IMG/VR virus record: IMGVR_UViG_3300025889_000077
DNA length: 59,382 nt
Strand: one strand, 5' to 3'
From: an uncultured virus (IMG/VR IMGVR_UViG_3300025889_000077)
Lineage: Duplodnaviria; Heunggongvirae; Uroviricota; Caudoviricetes
Shown: piece by piece, positions 1-10,496 of the stretch
Layout: the number at the start of each line of letters is the position of its first letter
Numbering within the stretch: the stretch's first letter is position 1
Notes under the pieces: model-generated
The model's input: only the letters and a program-made list of their open reading frames with translations
Database searches by the model: none
What the model was told of the DNA's origin: nothing
Program-made: the position numbers and the translations under genes

Positions 1-2
1 TT

Positions 3-71
3 TGTGCCGATGCTGAAATAAATATCGTTGCGTGTTTGACTGAGATTATGTCTTCTGTGGAGTTCAAATAA
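3..71 (+). CDS. gp44: Clamp loader large subunit, C-terminal fragment
   Basis: Reads CADAEINIVACLTEIMSSVEFK*, a typical gp44 C-terminus, directly upstream of gp62. Confidence 0.8.
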   Translation, partial: CADAEINIVACLTEIMSSVEFK

Positions 72-96
72 TGTCTTGTCCATCAAGGAGATATAA

Positions 97-474
97 ATGT
101 CGCCCTTTGATTTCGTAAACTCTATCAACCAAACCAAGAAAAACTTGATGGTTGACGACTTATCAGAAAAGTCGTATAATGCCTATATCGTAAATAAATC
201 CTTGTCGTATTTTTCGGATACGGTTCTTCTCGCGAATGAGATGAACCGTTATTCACATTTAGACAATAGATTACAATACGACTTTCTGAAACAAATCGTG
301 AGGAAACGAAAGCGTTTTTCCAAATGGGACAAACTAAATATAACGGATGATTTACAGACCATAAAAGACTATTATGGATATAGCACATCAAAAGCGAGAG
401 ATGTTTTGTCTATCATTTCAAAAGAACAGATGAATCAGATGAGAAAATACTTGAATAGAGGTGGTAAAGGTTGA
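97..474 (+). CDS. gp62: Clamp loader small subunit
   Basis: SPFDFVNSINQTK...ANEMN...LQYDFL...RKRKRFSKW...YYGYS; position after gp44. Confidence 0.93.
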   Translation: MSPFDFVNSINQTKKNLMVDDLSEKSYNAYIVNKSLSYFSDTVLLANEMNRYSHLDNRLQYDFLKQIVRKRKRFSKWDKLNITDDLQTIKDYYGYSTSKARDVLSIISKEQMNQMRKYLNRGGKG

Positions 475-2966
475 GTTTCTATACGAATGTTGCCAGATAC
501 GGAAACTCCATTCTGTATCGTGGTTATAATGATAATGGAATAGCAGTACAGGCAAAGTACAAGTTCAAACCCAAGATTTTCGTTCCATCTAAGGATCAAT
601 CAAAAACGAAAGGTCTTGATGGTAATAATATTGCCGCAGTAGAGTTTGATTCTATGCGAGAAGCATCTGATTTTCTTGACCAGTACAAAGAAATCGACAA
701 CTTCAAAATGTACGGCACAAAGAAATATATTCAGCAGTTTATTGGTGAAAAGTTTCCAACAGTGCCAAAATATGATATCAATCTCATTGATATTTGTTCT
801 ATTGATATTGAAGTCGAATCCGATGACGGTTTTCCCGAGCCAGAACAAGCATCCAAAGAAATCACGGCAATCACAATAAAATCCAGCAAGTCTTCCATAT
901 ATCAAGTTTGGGGTCTTGGTGAATGGTCATTTGAAAAATGTGAAGTTGATCTTGGGGAAGACCTCGTAAAATATCACAGATTTGATAATGAAACGGATCT
1001 ATTGGTAAGTTTCGTTTCGCATTGGTCAGAAAACTATCCAGATGTTATCACTGGTTGGAACGTCAGATTCTTTGATATTCCTTATCTTGTCAATCGTATT
1101 CTCCGTGTGCTTGGCGAAAAAGAAACAAAAAAACTATCACCTTGGGGACTGATCAACGACCGGCAAGTTACGGTTATGAATCGTAAACAAATCTTTTTTG
1201 ATATCACGGGCACCGAAACACTCGACTATATGGAACTTTTCAAAAAGTTTGATCGGGTGTCTGGCAATCAAGAATCTTACAAACTTGATCATATTGCTTA
1301 TTCCGTTCTGGGTGAAAACAAGTTATCATATGAAGAATATGGTAATCTAAACAATCTGTTCCGCGAAAATCATCAAAAGTTCATTGACTATAACATCAAA
1401 GATACTCAATTGATCGAAAGATTGGAGAAAAAACTTGGCATTATTTCTCTAGTTCTTTCCATTTCGTACATGGGGGGTGTGAACTATACTGATACATTAG
1501 GCACTACGGCGATTTGGGAATCTATCATATATCGAACACTCAAACAACTTGACGTATATCCCGAGATTTCAAATCGTACTCCAGTCAAGACTGATTTTAT
1601 CGGCGGATACGTGAAGCCTCCTCAAGTAGGTATGCATAACTGGGTTGTATCATTTGACCTAAACTCTCTGTACCCAAATCTTATTGTACAATGGAACATG
1701 TCTCCCGAAACTATTGTACCTGGTATGCGAACATCTGGTGTAGAATACTATTTGAATCGCAAAGAAACGCTCACGGGCGCTTACACAATAGCAGCAAACG
1801 GTTCCCAATATCGTAAAGATCGACCCGGCATCATGCCTCTGATCATTGAAAATTATTATGATAAGAGGTCTAAAATCAAAAATGAGATGATTGAACACAA
1901 GAAGGAGTATGAGAAAACTCCAACGAGAGACCTCGAAAATAATATTGCTCAGTTGGAAAATGAACAAATGGCAATCAAGATTTTGCTCAACTCGCTCTAC
2001 GGAGCCCTTGGATCAAGATTCTTTGACTACTACAATATCGCAATGGCTGAAGGTGTCACACTGACTGGTCAACTGGCAATCAAGTGGGCGGAAAAAGCAA
2101 TGAATGGTGAAATGAATCGGTTGCTTAAAACTGATGACAAAGATTATGTCATTGCCATGGACACAGATTCACTCTATGTTTCATTTGAAGACCTTGTGAA
2201 GAAAATGAATCCCGATGATCCAGTAGATTTCATTGACAAGATTTGTCAAAAACATTTTGAACAGATTTTGGAAAAAGCGTACAATAATCTGTACGAACAT
2301 ATGAATTGTCATAAAAACCGAATGGTCATGAAACGAGAAGCAATTGCTGATCGCGGCATCTGGACCGCAAAGAAGAGATACATTTTGAATGTGCATAATA
2401 ACGAGGGAGTTCAATACGCAAAACCAAAGATCAAGGTGACTGGTATTGAAGCAATCAAATCTTCAACACCTCAGATTGTTCGTAGTGAATTCCATAACAT
2501 CTTTGAATTGATCATGACAAAAGACGAACAAACTATTCGGAATCAGTCAAATGAATTTAGAAAAAAATTCAACAAATCTCGTCCAGAAGATATATCATTC
2601 CCTCGTGGTATCAGTGATATATCTGGTTACTATGATTCGAAAACCATATATAAGAAAGGTACTCCTATTCATGTGCGAGGAGCGTTGCTGTATAATGATT
2701 TGGTAAAGAAGCATGGTCTTGAGAACAAATATCAAGAAATCAAATCTGGCGACAAAATCAAGTTCTGTTATCTCAAAATACCTAACATAATAAAAGAAAA
2801 CGTGATATCATTTCCAGATTTCTTGCCGCCAGAGTTTGGACTTGACAAGTACATAGATTATGATGTACAATACGAAAAGACATATACAAGTCCATTGGAT
2901 CCTATTATGAACGCAATCGGGTGGTCGTTAGAAGAAAAAGCATCGTTAGAAGATTTTTTTGTATAA
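471..2966 (+). CDS. gp43: Family B DNA polymerase
   Basis: DIEVES exonuclease motif, DLNSLYP, KILLNSLYG, DTDS, and C-terminal SLEDFF clamp-binding peptide. Confidence 0.98.
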   Translation: MSFYTNVARYGNSILYRGYNDNGIAVQAKYKFKPKIFVPSKDQSKTKGLDGNNIAAVEFDSMREASDFLDQYKEIDNFKMYGTKKYIQQFIGEKFPTVPKYDINLIDICSIDIEVESDDGFPEPEQASKEITAITIKSSKSSIYQVWGLGEWSFEKCEVDLGEDLVKYHRFDNETDLLVSFVSHWSENYPDVITGWNVRFFDIPYLVNRILRVLGEKETKKLSPWGLINDRQVTVMNRKQIFFDITGTETLDYMELFKKFDRVSGNQESYKLDHIAYSVLGENKLSYEEYGNLNNLFRENHQKFIDYNIKDTQLIERLEKKLGIISLVLSISYMGGVNYTDTLGTTAIWESIIYRTLKQLDVYPEISNRTPVKTDFIGGYVKPPQVGMHNWVVSFDLNSLYPNLIVQWNMSPETIVPGMRTSGVEYYLNRKETLTGAYTIAANGSQYRKDRPGIMPLIIENYYDKRSKIKNEMIEHKKEYEKTPTRDLENNIAQLENEQMAIKILLNSLYGALGSRFFDYYNIAMAEGVTLTGQLAIKWAEKAMNGEMNRLLKTDDKDYVIAMDTDSLYVSFEDLVKKMNPDDPVDFIDKICQKHFEQILEKAYNNLYEHMNCHKNRMVMKREAIADRGIWTAKKRYILNVHNNEGVQYAKPKIKVTGIEAIKSSTPQIVRSEFHNIFELIMTKDEQTIRNQSNEFRKKFNKSRPEDISFPRGISDISGYYDSKTIYKKGTPIHVRGALLYNDLVKKHGLENKYQEIKSGDKIKFCYLKIPNIIKENVISFPDFLPPEFGLDKYIDYDVQYEKTYTSPLDPIMNAIGWSLEEKASLEDFFV

Positions 2967-3072
2967 AATTGCAAAAAAGTTGTTGACATAATATGAATTA
3001 TGTGTTATTATATATTGTATGTAGTGTTGCAATTCGCTCACTCATATCTCATTTAAATCTAAGGAGAAAATT

Positions 3073-4095
3073 ATGAATAATACTGTATCTTTACCAGAAC
3101 TATCGGATATCAATCCTAAACTAATTACCAAAAATGGTAAGATTCTTGATGGGTTTATCGAAAATATTAAGTTAGACCCAAAAGATGTTTATATGCCTAA
3201 AGAAGAAAAGGGCGGGAATAACAATGTGACTCGCAGAAACTTGTCTCAATCCCACATTTCTTCACTTCAAACAGCACTCAAAGATAATCCAGACTGGTCG
3301 CTTCCTCTTATGGTAGTAAAACGCATTCCAGGCGGAAAAATTGTAAATGGCAAAACTTACAGTTATCAACTGTGTGTAGGTGTTCATCGAAATACCGCGC
3401 TGTTGAAAAATGGAACAAACCAATGGATTTATGCACTATACGAATTCAAATCGGAAAAAGAAGAGTTAATATTTCAAGCGGTGGAAAACGACCATAAACC
3501 TCAAAATCCCATTGATCATGCAGGCCTTGTGAATTTTCTTTCATTTATGGTGAATCAAGGTTATATCGAAAATACTGCAAATGCGATGCAAAATATCTTA
3601 GATGATACGTTTTCTTATGTACATTGGCAGACTAAGAAAAAGGCGGTAAATGCTGCGGTCATTAGAAATGGATCATATACTGATGTAATATTACGCAATT
3701 ATACAGAAATCAAAGATTTCCTCGAAAATGGAGAAAACTATCCACCAGGTATAGTAAAATATACCCATGGTGGTAAAAAAGATAAAAATCGTAACGAAAT
3801 TGGATGGACTGTGAAAGAGGGTTACGAAGATGAATTCATTTTTAATGCGATGAAATCATTGAATAGTCAAGGTATACCATCATATTTTCTGTGTCATGTC
3901 AATTCACCATCCAATAGCATGTCTTTAGATGATCGTAGAGAAAAAATGCTGCAAAATATAGTAGAACTTGAAAATCTTATACTCAAAACAGTTGAATATA
4001 GGGAAAAGTATAATGAATGGCCGTGGAGAGTAGAAGCATTCTTTCCTCAAAATAACGTGAAAGGTGAAGAAGAAAGAAATTTCATTCACAAGTAA
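3073..4095 (+). CDS. Hypothetical protein with ParB/Srx-like N-terminal region
   Basis: 340 aa; P-L-M-V...GVHRNTA resembles ParB G-x-HR; AGGAG RBS; own promoter (TTGACA near 2983). Confidence 0.5.
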   Translation: MNNTVSLPELSDINPKLITKNGKILDGFIENIKLDPKDVYMPKEEKGGNNNVTRRNLSQSHISSLQTALKDNPDWSLPLMVVKRIPGGKIVNGKTYSYQLCVGVHRNTALLKNGTNQWIYALYEFKSEKEELIFQAVENDHKPQNPIDHAGLVNFLSFMVNQGYIENTANAMQNILDDTFSYVHWQTKKKAVNAAVIRNGSYTDVILRNYTEIKDFLENGENYPPGIVKYTHGGKKDKNRNEIGWTVKEGYEDEFIFNAMKSLNSQGIPSYFLCHVNSPSNSMSLDDRREKMLQNIVELENLILKTVEYREKYNEWPWRVEAFFPQNNVKGEEERNFIHK

Positions 4096-4101
4096 TCGTA
4101 A

Positions 4102-4128
4102 AAGCAAACGCGCATTGCGCGTTTGCTT
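4102..4128. terminator. Perfect 13-bp inverted repeat, probable terminator
   Basis: AAGCAAACGCGCA-T-TGCGCGTTTGCTT just after the ORF stop. Confidence 0.65.
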
Positions 4129-4171
4129 AAATTTTGTATTATATAAGTATACAGAAAGGAATTACTATATT

Positions 4172-4486
4172 ATGACATTATTGAAAGAGTACTCGACATT
4201 TGTTGAATCTATGATGCTGACTGAAGGCAAGACGCGACTCACTGAGAATACTCTTGGTCTTGTTGGCGAAACTGGCGAAATAGCAGAAAAGATCAAGAAG
4301 TATTTTCGTGATGATACCATTGATGTGAATGATCTCCAGAAAGAGTTTGGAGACATTGCATTCTATTTCTTTGCACTTCACGGTTACTTCAACATTGATC
4401 CAGAAGACACTCTTCGCATGAACATGGAAAAACTTCAGAGTCGCAAAGATCGTGGTGTGTTGCGAGGATCAGGAGATAATCGATGA
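4172..4486 (+). CDS. mazG: MazG-like nucleotide pyrophosphohydrolase
   Basis: LGLVGETGEIAEKIKK...KEFGD...NMEKLQSRKDRGVLRGSGDNR; ATG at 4172 after AAGGA. Confidence 0.9.
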   Translation: MTLLKEYSTFVESMMLTEGKTRLTENTLGLVGETGEIAEKIKKYFRDDTIDVNDLQKEFGDIAFYFFALHGYFNIDPEDTLRMNMEKLQSRKDRGVLRGSGDNR

Positions 4487-4980
4487 GCGTCGAGGCTCTT
4501 GGAGAACTTGGCGAAAAGATAGTATATGAATACTATAAGTCTCTAGGTTCTCAAATCGAAATGTCAGTTGATCCCTTCGATATGCAAAAAGATATGGTCA
4601 TTGACGGTAAATCAACAGAAATCAAGTTTCAGACTCCGTATTTTCGATTTAGTCCCCCTGGTTATGAACCCTACAAAGCATTTACTGTACCTGTCACAGG
4701 TGGGAAAAATAAACAAGTTCGCAGCAATCAACTCGACAAATGTTTGAATGCTGATCGATGGATTATTGTAGAGAACCCGTCAAAGGGTTCTAATATAGTT
4801 CGATTATGGGAAGCACCTCCTTTGGGAAAAAGACGATTTAGATTAGTTCAAAATTCGAAGGATGGCAGAATAGCAGCCGGGTTCGCCATGTCCGATTTTT
4901 CTCTGATTATTGATATTGACAATAAAAAAATGTGTGATATAATTAGAAGATCGAATAAATCACATTGGAATTATGTTTAG
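4483..4980 (+). CDS. Hypothetical protein, possible PD-(D/E)xK nuclease fold
   Basis: LGELGE...D...EIK spacing. Confidence 0.45.
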   Translation: MSVEALGELGEKIVYEYYKSLGSQIEMSVDPFDMQKDMVIDGKSTEIKFQTPYFRFSPPGYEPYKAFTVPVTGGKNKQVRSNQLDKCLNADRWIIVENPSKGSNIVRLWEAPPLGKRRFRLVQNSKDGRIAAGFAMSDFSLIIDIDNKKMCDIIRRSNKSHWNYV

Positions 4981-4988
4981 GGAGATAT

Positions 4989-6308
4989 GTGTTGAATATT
5001 GAAGACCAATGGGAATTGTGGAAAGAACAGAATCCTATAGAGAATATTCCGGAAATTACTGAAGATCAATTGCGTGAATCGCTGATTAGAGACCTTTCTA
5101 AAGTCTCTTGTATGTCAGTCGAAGAATATACACTGTATCAAAAATGGTTAGAAGTCGGAAACAAATATCCTACTCAAGAAATACAAACATTATTTGGACT
5201 CGAAACGCAATTAAAAGATACTACTCAAAAAAACATCATTCAAGAAGTCAAATCCAATATTTGGCGTCCTGTAGATATGTATGATTACATGAATTTGAAA
5301 CCTCGTTTGGTCTATACAAATGATTGTGTGGAATATGAGGACGTTGGTCTAGATGAATCGTCTGTAAAAAAAATGAGCAAGAGAACGAAAGAATTGCCAG
5401 AAAATTGGAACACTCTTCGCACATTTATGTCTACTATGAAAAACAACTCCAATATAGGAAGAAATTTAAATTTCATGGTCGAAGATGAAATTACTGGTAA
5501 ATATCTTGGAGTTATTTGTATTTCTTCAGATTTTCTGGATTTGACACCTAGGGACGAATGGATTGGATGGGAAAGAGAGAAAAAGACACAAGGACACATG
5601 ATTAACTATACTGCTATCGGTTCGACTATTGTGCCTACACAGCCATTAGGATTTAATTATGTCGGCGGAAAACTTCTGGCGCTATTGTGCTTATCTGATA
5701 CTGTTCAGAATATTTGGAAAGAACAATACGGCGACACTTTGGTGGGCGTCACGACAACTTCACTGTATGGTAAATCCAAGACTGGCGGATTATCACAATA
5801 TGATAATCTGAAACATTGGAAGAAAATGGGTTATACGTCTGGATCAGTGGCATATGAGGCCACAAAAGAAACGCAATATATGATAAGGTATTGGTTACAT
5901 CGAAATCATACTTACAAATATTTCGAATGGTACGGCGCCAAAAAGGATACAGGTCAACCATATAAGAGGGACCATAGAAACCGCTCTTATCATTTCACTT
6001 ATTCTAAATTGGGTATTCCTAAAGAGTTAATTAGTTCTGCACACGCTAGAGGCATTTACTTTAGTCCTTTGTACACAAACACAAGGGAATTTCTAAGAAA
6101 TGAAATCGAAGAGAAGGATTTAATCAAGTCTTTTGATACTAGCGAAGAATATTTAGTGAATTTGTGGAAGAACAAATATGCTTCAAAAAGACTCTCTAGT
6201 TTAATAAAAAATAATAGAGTCTCGGATGAGACATTGTTTTATGATGATCTTATTGGAAAAACTTGGGAAGAGGTTAGAGAAAAATATTTATCTCAAATCG
6301 GCAGATAA
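4989..6308 (+). CDS. DUF4338 (DruA / Mom-like GNAT) domain protein, paralog 1
   Basis: GRNLNFMV...GVICISS...RDEWIGW...GGKLLALL...TTTSLYG...W.KMGYTSG; GTG start after GGAG. Confidence 0.75.
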   Translation: MLNIEDQWELWKEQNPIENIPEITEDQLRESLIRDLSKVSCMSVEEYTLYQKWLEVGNKYPTQEIQTLFGLETQLKDTTQKNIIQEVKSNIWRPVDMYDYMNLKPRLVYTNDCVEYEDVGLDESSVKKMSKRTKELPENWNTLRTFMSTMKNNSNIGRNLNFMVEDEITGKYLGVICISSDFLDLTPRDEWIGWEREKKTQGHMINYTAIGSTIVPTQPLGFNYVGGKLLALLCLSDTVQNIWKEQYGDTLVGVTTTSLYGKSKTGGLSQYDNLKHWKKMGYTSGSVAYEATKETQYMIRYWLHRNHTYKYFEWYGAKKDTGQPYKRDHRNRSYHFTYSKLGIPKELISSAHARGIYFSPLYTNTREFLRNEIEEKDLIKSFDTSEEYLVNLWKNKYASKRLSSLIKNNRVSDETLFYDDLIGKTWEEVREKYLSQIGR

Positions 6309-6311
6309 ACA

Positions 6312-6340
6312 TTGATTTTTGTTTATAAATCTGTTATAAT
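6312..6340 (+). promoter_or_regulatory. Sigma70-like promoter upstream of the orphan tRNA-like gene
   Basis: TTGATT-17 nt-TATAAT. Confidence 0.65.
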
Positions 6341-6358
6341 GGGTAAATAAATAATAGC

Positions 6359-6426
6359 GCGGGGTGTTCTAGGTACAATCTAAATCCAGTTTAGATAGAG
6401 TAGTGCGATTCTACTACCCCGCTCCA
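6359..6426 (+). tRNA. Non-canonical 68-nt tRNA-like RNA (Gly-type acceptor, reduced D arm, UGCGAUU T-loop)
   Basis: Acceptor GCGGGGT/ACCCCGC + T + CCA; anticodon stem TCTAA/TTAGA with loop ATCCAGT; T stem AGTAG/CTACT. Confidence 0.8.
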
Positions 6427-6441
6427 TTTATGAGATTCGTT

Positions 6442-7401
6442 ATGTACAGTATCACAATATTCAAATCACCTAGATTTTGGAAAGAAAAAGAACGGTATGT
6501 CTATGACAACAAGACACACCGTTCCATGTCTTTTGACACTTGGGATATGTTTGTGGGTTTTCTAGAAAATCTATCCAAGAAATCTATTTCAAAAAAGCAA
6601 GATGCGCAACTCATTTCACCAGCAATATTTAAACCAAATTCTAAAAGACGAAATGATAATGTCATTGGTTGGAGTCAATGGTGTGCTGTAGATGTTGATA
6701 ATGTAAACATTGAAAGAGATGTGAAGGGTTATGTGGATAGTATTGTCTCTGGCTGGACTTACTTTTGCTATAGTACTGCTAGTAGCACTAAGGATACGCC
6801 AAAGTTTCGCATTGTCTTTCCGCTTAACAGGGATCTTGAAAAATCTGAGATTAAGCACTTCTGGTTCGCCCTCAATAAAGAACTCGGTTCAATCGGAGAT
6901 GAACAGACTAAAGATTTGTCTAGAATGTATTACATCCCTGCAAACTATGCTGGTGCTAACAACTTCACTTTCAATCGTTCTGGCACTAACATTGATGTTG
7001 ATGTACTTCTGAGCAAGCATCCATACACAGAAAGATCACATAACTTCATTGACAATCTGCCAGAAGATATTCAGAAGCAGATCATTGAACATCGTAAAAA
7101 TCAACTAACCAACACCAATTATTCTTGGACGCATTACTCGGATTGCCCATTTGTGAACAAAAAATTGATCAACGAATACAAAAGCATTGCTCATAGCGAC
7201 GGCACTGGAAGATACGCGATGATATATAAAATAATGACTTCCATTGCCGTAAATGCGATTCGAAGAGAATATCCAATATCAGCAAAAGAAATAGTCCATA
7301 TGGTTTTGCAACTTGACAAAGAGACTTCGAATCGTTATAATAATAGAGCATTAGACTTAGAAGCAAATCGTGCAATAGAATTCGCATATAGGAGCGCATA
7401 A
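6442..7401 (+). CDS. AEP/PrimPol-like primase
   Basis: AVDVD, YSTASS...PKFRIVFPL, D-x-SR motifs; helical C-terminal domain. Confidence 0.7.
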   Translation: MYSITIFKSPRFWKEKERYVYDNKTHRSMSFDTWDMFVGFLENLSKKSISKKQDAQLISPAIFKPNSKRRNDNVIGWSQWCAVDVDNVNIERDVKGYVDSIVSGWTYFCYSTASSTKDTPKFRIVFPLNRDLEKSEIKHFWFALNKELGSIGDEQTKDLSRMYYIPANYAGANNFTFNRSGTNIDVDVLLSKHPYTERSHNFIDNLPEDIQKQIIEHRKNQLTNTNYSWTHYSDCPFVNKKLINEYKSIAHSDGTGRYAMIYKIMTSIAVNAIRREYPISAKEIVHMVLQLDKETSNRYNNRALDLEANRAIEFAYRSA

Positions 7402-7467
7402 TGAAAAAATATCTGAAAGCAGTCAGCATCAACACGTTGGCACTTGGAACGATTCTAGCAATTATTA

Positions 7468-7797
7468 TTGGAGTCGGTCTCTATAAACAAGAACGACTTT
7501 TCCAACAAGAAAAGGCGATTCAAGAAGAGATTGATAGCATGGGAGGAGAAAATGAATACTAAAATCTTTAAAGAAATGAAGAATTTTGTGACCTGGACTA
7601 TAGATCATGAGAATATTTTTCTCTCAGCATTTTTTATTATGATCTATTTTCTTTTTTGGCTGTCGGCGATTTTATTTGTGGTCACATTATTTATGATGTA
7701 CCCTTTGATCAGTGCTGTAGTAATAGTAACACTCATAGGATTTGTTATTATTCCAATGTATAAAGCAGACATGACAAAAGCGAAAAAGAAGGGTTGA
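7468..7797 (+). CDS. Hypothetical membrane protein
   Basis: Two hydrophobic segments; true start probably the later ATG (MNTKIF). Confidence 0.6.
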   Translation: MESVSINKNDFSNKKRRFKKRLIAWEEKMNTKIFKEMKNFVTWTIDHENIFLSAFFIMIYFLFWLSAILFVVTLFMMYPLISAVVIVTLIGFVIIPMYKADMTKAKKKG

Positions 7798-7860
7798 CTT
7801 TTTCGAAAAAGCATTACATTAGTAATGTAAGAGAACTGAAAATGAACTTAGGAGTAGATT

Positions 7861-9513
7861 ATGAAAGTAATGATGTGTGATCCGCCTAGCGGTTGGAAAT
7901 ACGGCTTTCCAAAACCTATTCCAGAAGATGTAGAAGATGTATTACAATGGTTGGTGAGTGAAGGCTATCCACAGGTTGAGATTGATAAGATGTCTAAACA
8001 TTTTTACTGCCGTTATTGGGAGGCAGATGAAGATGCAACAGACAATTGACGATCTAACTCGTCGTCATCAACATGCTTTGCATGAGATTGATGTGCTTGA
8101 GGATGAGATTGATAAACTTAAAAAAGGTCTAGAAGCATACCAACGTGAACGTGACCGTTACAAACATGCTAAACCAGAAATAACTGGTGCATATTTTTTG
8201 GCTGGGGGCCATGGCCCAAAGGATGATAACATGATGCCACAGTTTGTAGAGATTGTTCCTGCATATGGGTGTGGATGGTCAATGATCTATGAATACACTG
8301 GTCGCACTATTAGCTATGAGGGATCGTGATGAGTCACTGGCATTACCAACTAATGTATCACAAGTATGATGAACCTGTCCTAGGTGAAGAAGGTTATTAT
8401 GCTGTCCACGAATACTATAATATGGATGATGGTCCTGGTTGGACTGAGAATCCTGTCACTGTAGACGGAAATAGTATTAAAGATGTGAAGAAAATGCTGT
8501 TGCTAATCTTGAAAGATATTGATAAACACGGCGTCAAACAATATGATGGAGAGAAACAATGAGCAAATATACAAAAGCATTAACTGCTGAACAGTTAATA
8601 AAATATATTGCTAATGATCGTCCTGAACTGTCACACGATAAAGTCAGATGGCAACGAGATGATTATATTAAAATCTGTCGTGAATGGTTAGAGGAAAATA
8701 CAAATGAGTCTGACAAGTAAAGTACAAGCCTATGATGTTCTGGTAAGAGAACTGTTCAGATTGCTTGATATTACAGAACAGACTGATGAAGGTCGAGTAT
8801 TTCGTCCTAACAGAATCTCTAGTTGTCGTGCATTAGATGCGGAAAAGCTGGAACAAGTTTTGAAAGAACTGAAAAATGTATTGGAGGATAGGGGATGAGC
8901 TACGATAAACGTGACGTTGAAGTTATTCGCTCTCTTTATGACCCTTTGAATGTCAGAACTTGGCCCTTCTATCCTATTATAATGCCCTTGAAAGAAGGAA
9001 ACGGTCCTGCAACAGATGTTGAATGTGATGAAATTACCTTTGAAGTGTGGGATCATTTTTGCAATTCTTACGGTAGCTATAAGTACTTGCCTGATGCTAT
9101 CAATGAAGCAATGAAATTGACTAAGGAATTGATGGATGAAGTTTAGCAGATGCAATGAACACGGAACTAAGGTTGAGATAGAAGTCCACGATGATAGCAC
9201 ACTTGATGAAGTGCTTGAAGAGTTTCAGAACTTCCTTCGTGCTTGTGGATATACGATTGAATACAACAAAGTTCTTGCTGTAGTGGATATGGATGATTGA
9301 ACGAGATGTGGAGAAGTTTACATGAAAATGATTGACCTACTCGGAGATGTACTAGAAACAGAAGTTATGCATGATTTGCTTGATCATGTAGTTCTGGGTA
9401 AGTTAAAATCGTCTCTTGATAACTGTATTATTGAACGTGAACGACTTGATAATATTAAAATCAATCGTAAACTAAAAGAATTTGTTGATATGTTGAGAAA
9501 GAATATTCCTTGA
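7861..9513 (+). other. Array of about 9 small, tightly packed hypothetical genes (hyperplastic region)
   Basis: Overlapping start/stop ORFs of 50-120 aa with GGAG RBSs after a TTGAC...TGTAAGAGA promoter near 7794. Confidence 0.65.
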
Positions 9514-9734
9514 AATATAAAGCGACAATAATGCTTCATCGCGGTATTTTAGATAATGCTGGAATGGCTGTTACAAAAGCATTACATAATCTAGGATTTC
9601 CTGAAGTCAATGATGTTCGTATTGGTAAAACATTAATCTTTGATGCACAATCATTGGATGAAGCTACTCAAATCGTAAAATCGCAAACAAATGAAGTAAT
9701 GGAATATTTTGAAATAGGAGAACTGAATGAGTAA
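9510..9734 (+). CDS. purS: FGAM synthase subunit PurS
   Basis: L..GILD.AG.AV..AL..LGF..V.DVRIGK...N.VME.F. Confidence 0.88.
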   Translation: MKYKATIMLHRGILDNAGMAVTKALHNLGFPEVNDVRIGKTLIFDAQSLDEATQIVKSQTNEVMEYFEIGELNE

Positions 9735-10089
9735 AGCAGGAAAGGTATGGGGTGTAACCTCTCTTATTGAGGCAAATAGTGCTTTAGAGTTTCATCGTAT
9801 TCAAATGAATAAAGGAGGTGTTTGCTCAAAACATCTTCATGAATTCAAATGGAATGGTTTCTATGTTGAAAAGGGTGTAATGTTGGTTCGTGTCTGGCAG
9901 AAAGATTATAATCTGGTGGATGAGACTATTCTATATGAAGGGGATTATACAAAAGTCAAACCGGGACTTTATCATCAATTTGAATGTCTAGAGTCTGGTA
10001 TTGCTTATGAACTTTATTGGGCAGAGTTTTCACATTCAGATATTAAAAGAGAAACTGTAGGTTATAATGATTCTGTTGGTATCGAATGA
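9727..10089 (+). CDS. Cupin-domain protein (sugar isomerase-like)
   Basis: KVWG...CSKHLH...PGLYHQF...E. Confidence 0.8.
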   Translation: MSKAGKVWGVTSLIEANSALEFHRIQMNKGGVCSKHLHEFKWNGFYVEKGVMLVRVWQKDYNLVDETILYEGDYTKVKPGLYHQFECLESGIAYELYWAEFSHSDIKRETVGYNDSVGIE

Positions 10090-10496
10090 AAGTTGGAATA
10101 ACGTTTAGTACTTTTGATCTATTACATTCTGGTCACATTGCTATGCTCCGAGAAGCAAAACAGCAATGTGACTATCTTATTTGTGGTTTGCAAACAGATC
10201 CCACTATAGATAGACCAGAGAAAAATAAACCTGTACAGTCTCTTGTTGAACGATATGTTCAATTATCGGGCGTTAAATATGTAGACGAAATTATCCCATA
10301 TCAAACTGAGATGGATGTTATAGATATTCTTGAAATGTTCAACATTGATGTGAAGATCATGGGCGAAGAATATCGCAATAAAGAATTTACTGGAAAAGAT
10401 GTTTGTAAACGAAAGGGAATTGTGTTATACTTCAATAATAGAACCCATCGTTTCAGTTCAAGTGATTTGCGAAAGAGAGTATCAGAGAGTGAGTAA
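10086..10496 (+). CDS. Glycerol-3-phosphate cytidylyltransferase-like (TagD family)
   Basis: TFDLLHSGH, ER..QL..VKYVDEI, RTHRFSSS. Confidence 0.88.
   Translation: MKVGITFSTFDLLHSGHIAMLREAKQQCDYLICGLQTDPTIDRPEKNKPVQSLVERYVQLSGVKYVDEIIPYQTEMDVIDILEMFNIDVKIMGEEYRNKEFTGKDVCKRKGIVLYFNNRTHRFSSSDLRKRVSESE

Noticed and set aside
471..474. No regA between gp62 and gp43
   Set aside because: It may lie elsewhere in the genome; absence cannot be judged from this window.
6403..6441. Supplied GTG start of the primase-like gene
   Set aside because: It lies inside the tRNA-like element; ATG at 6442 is more plausible.
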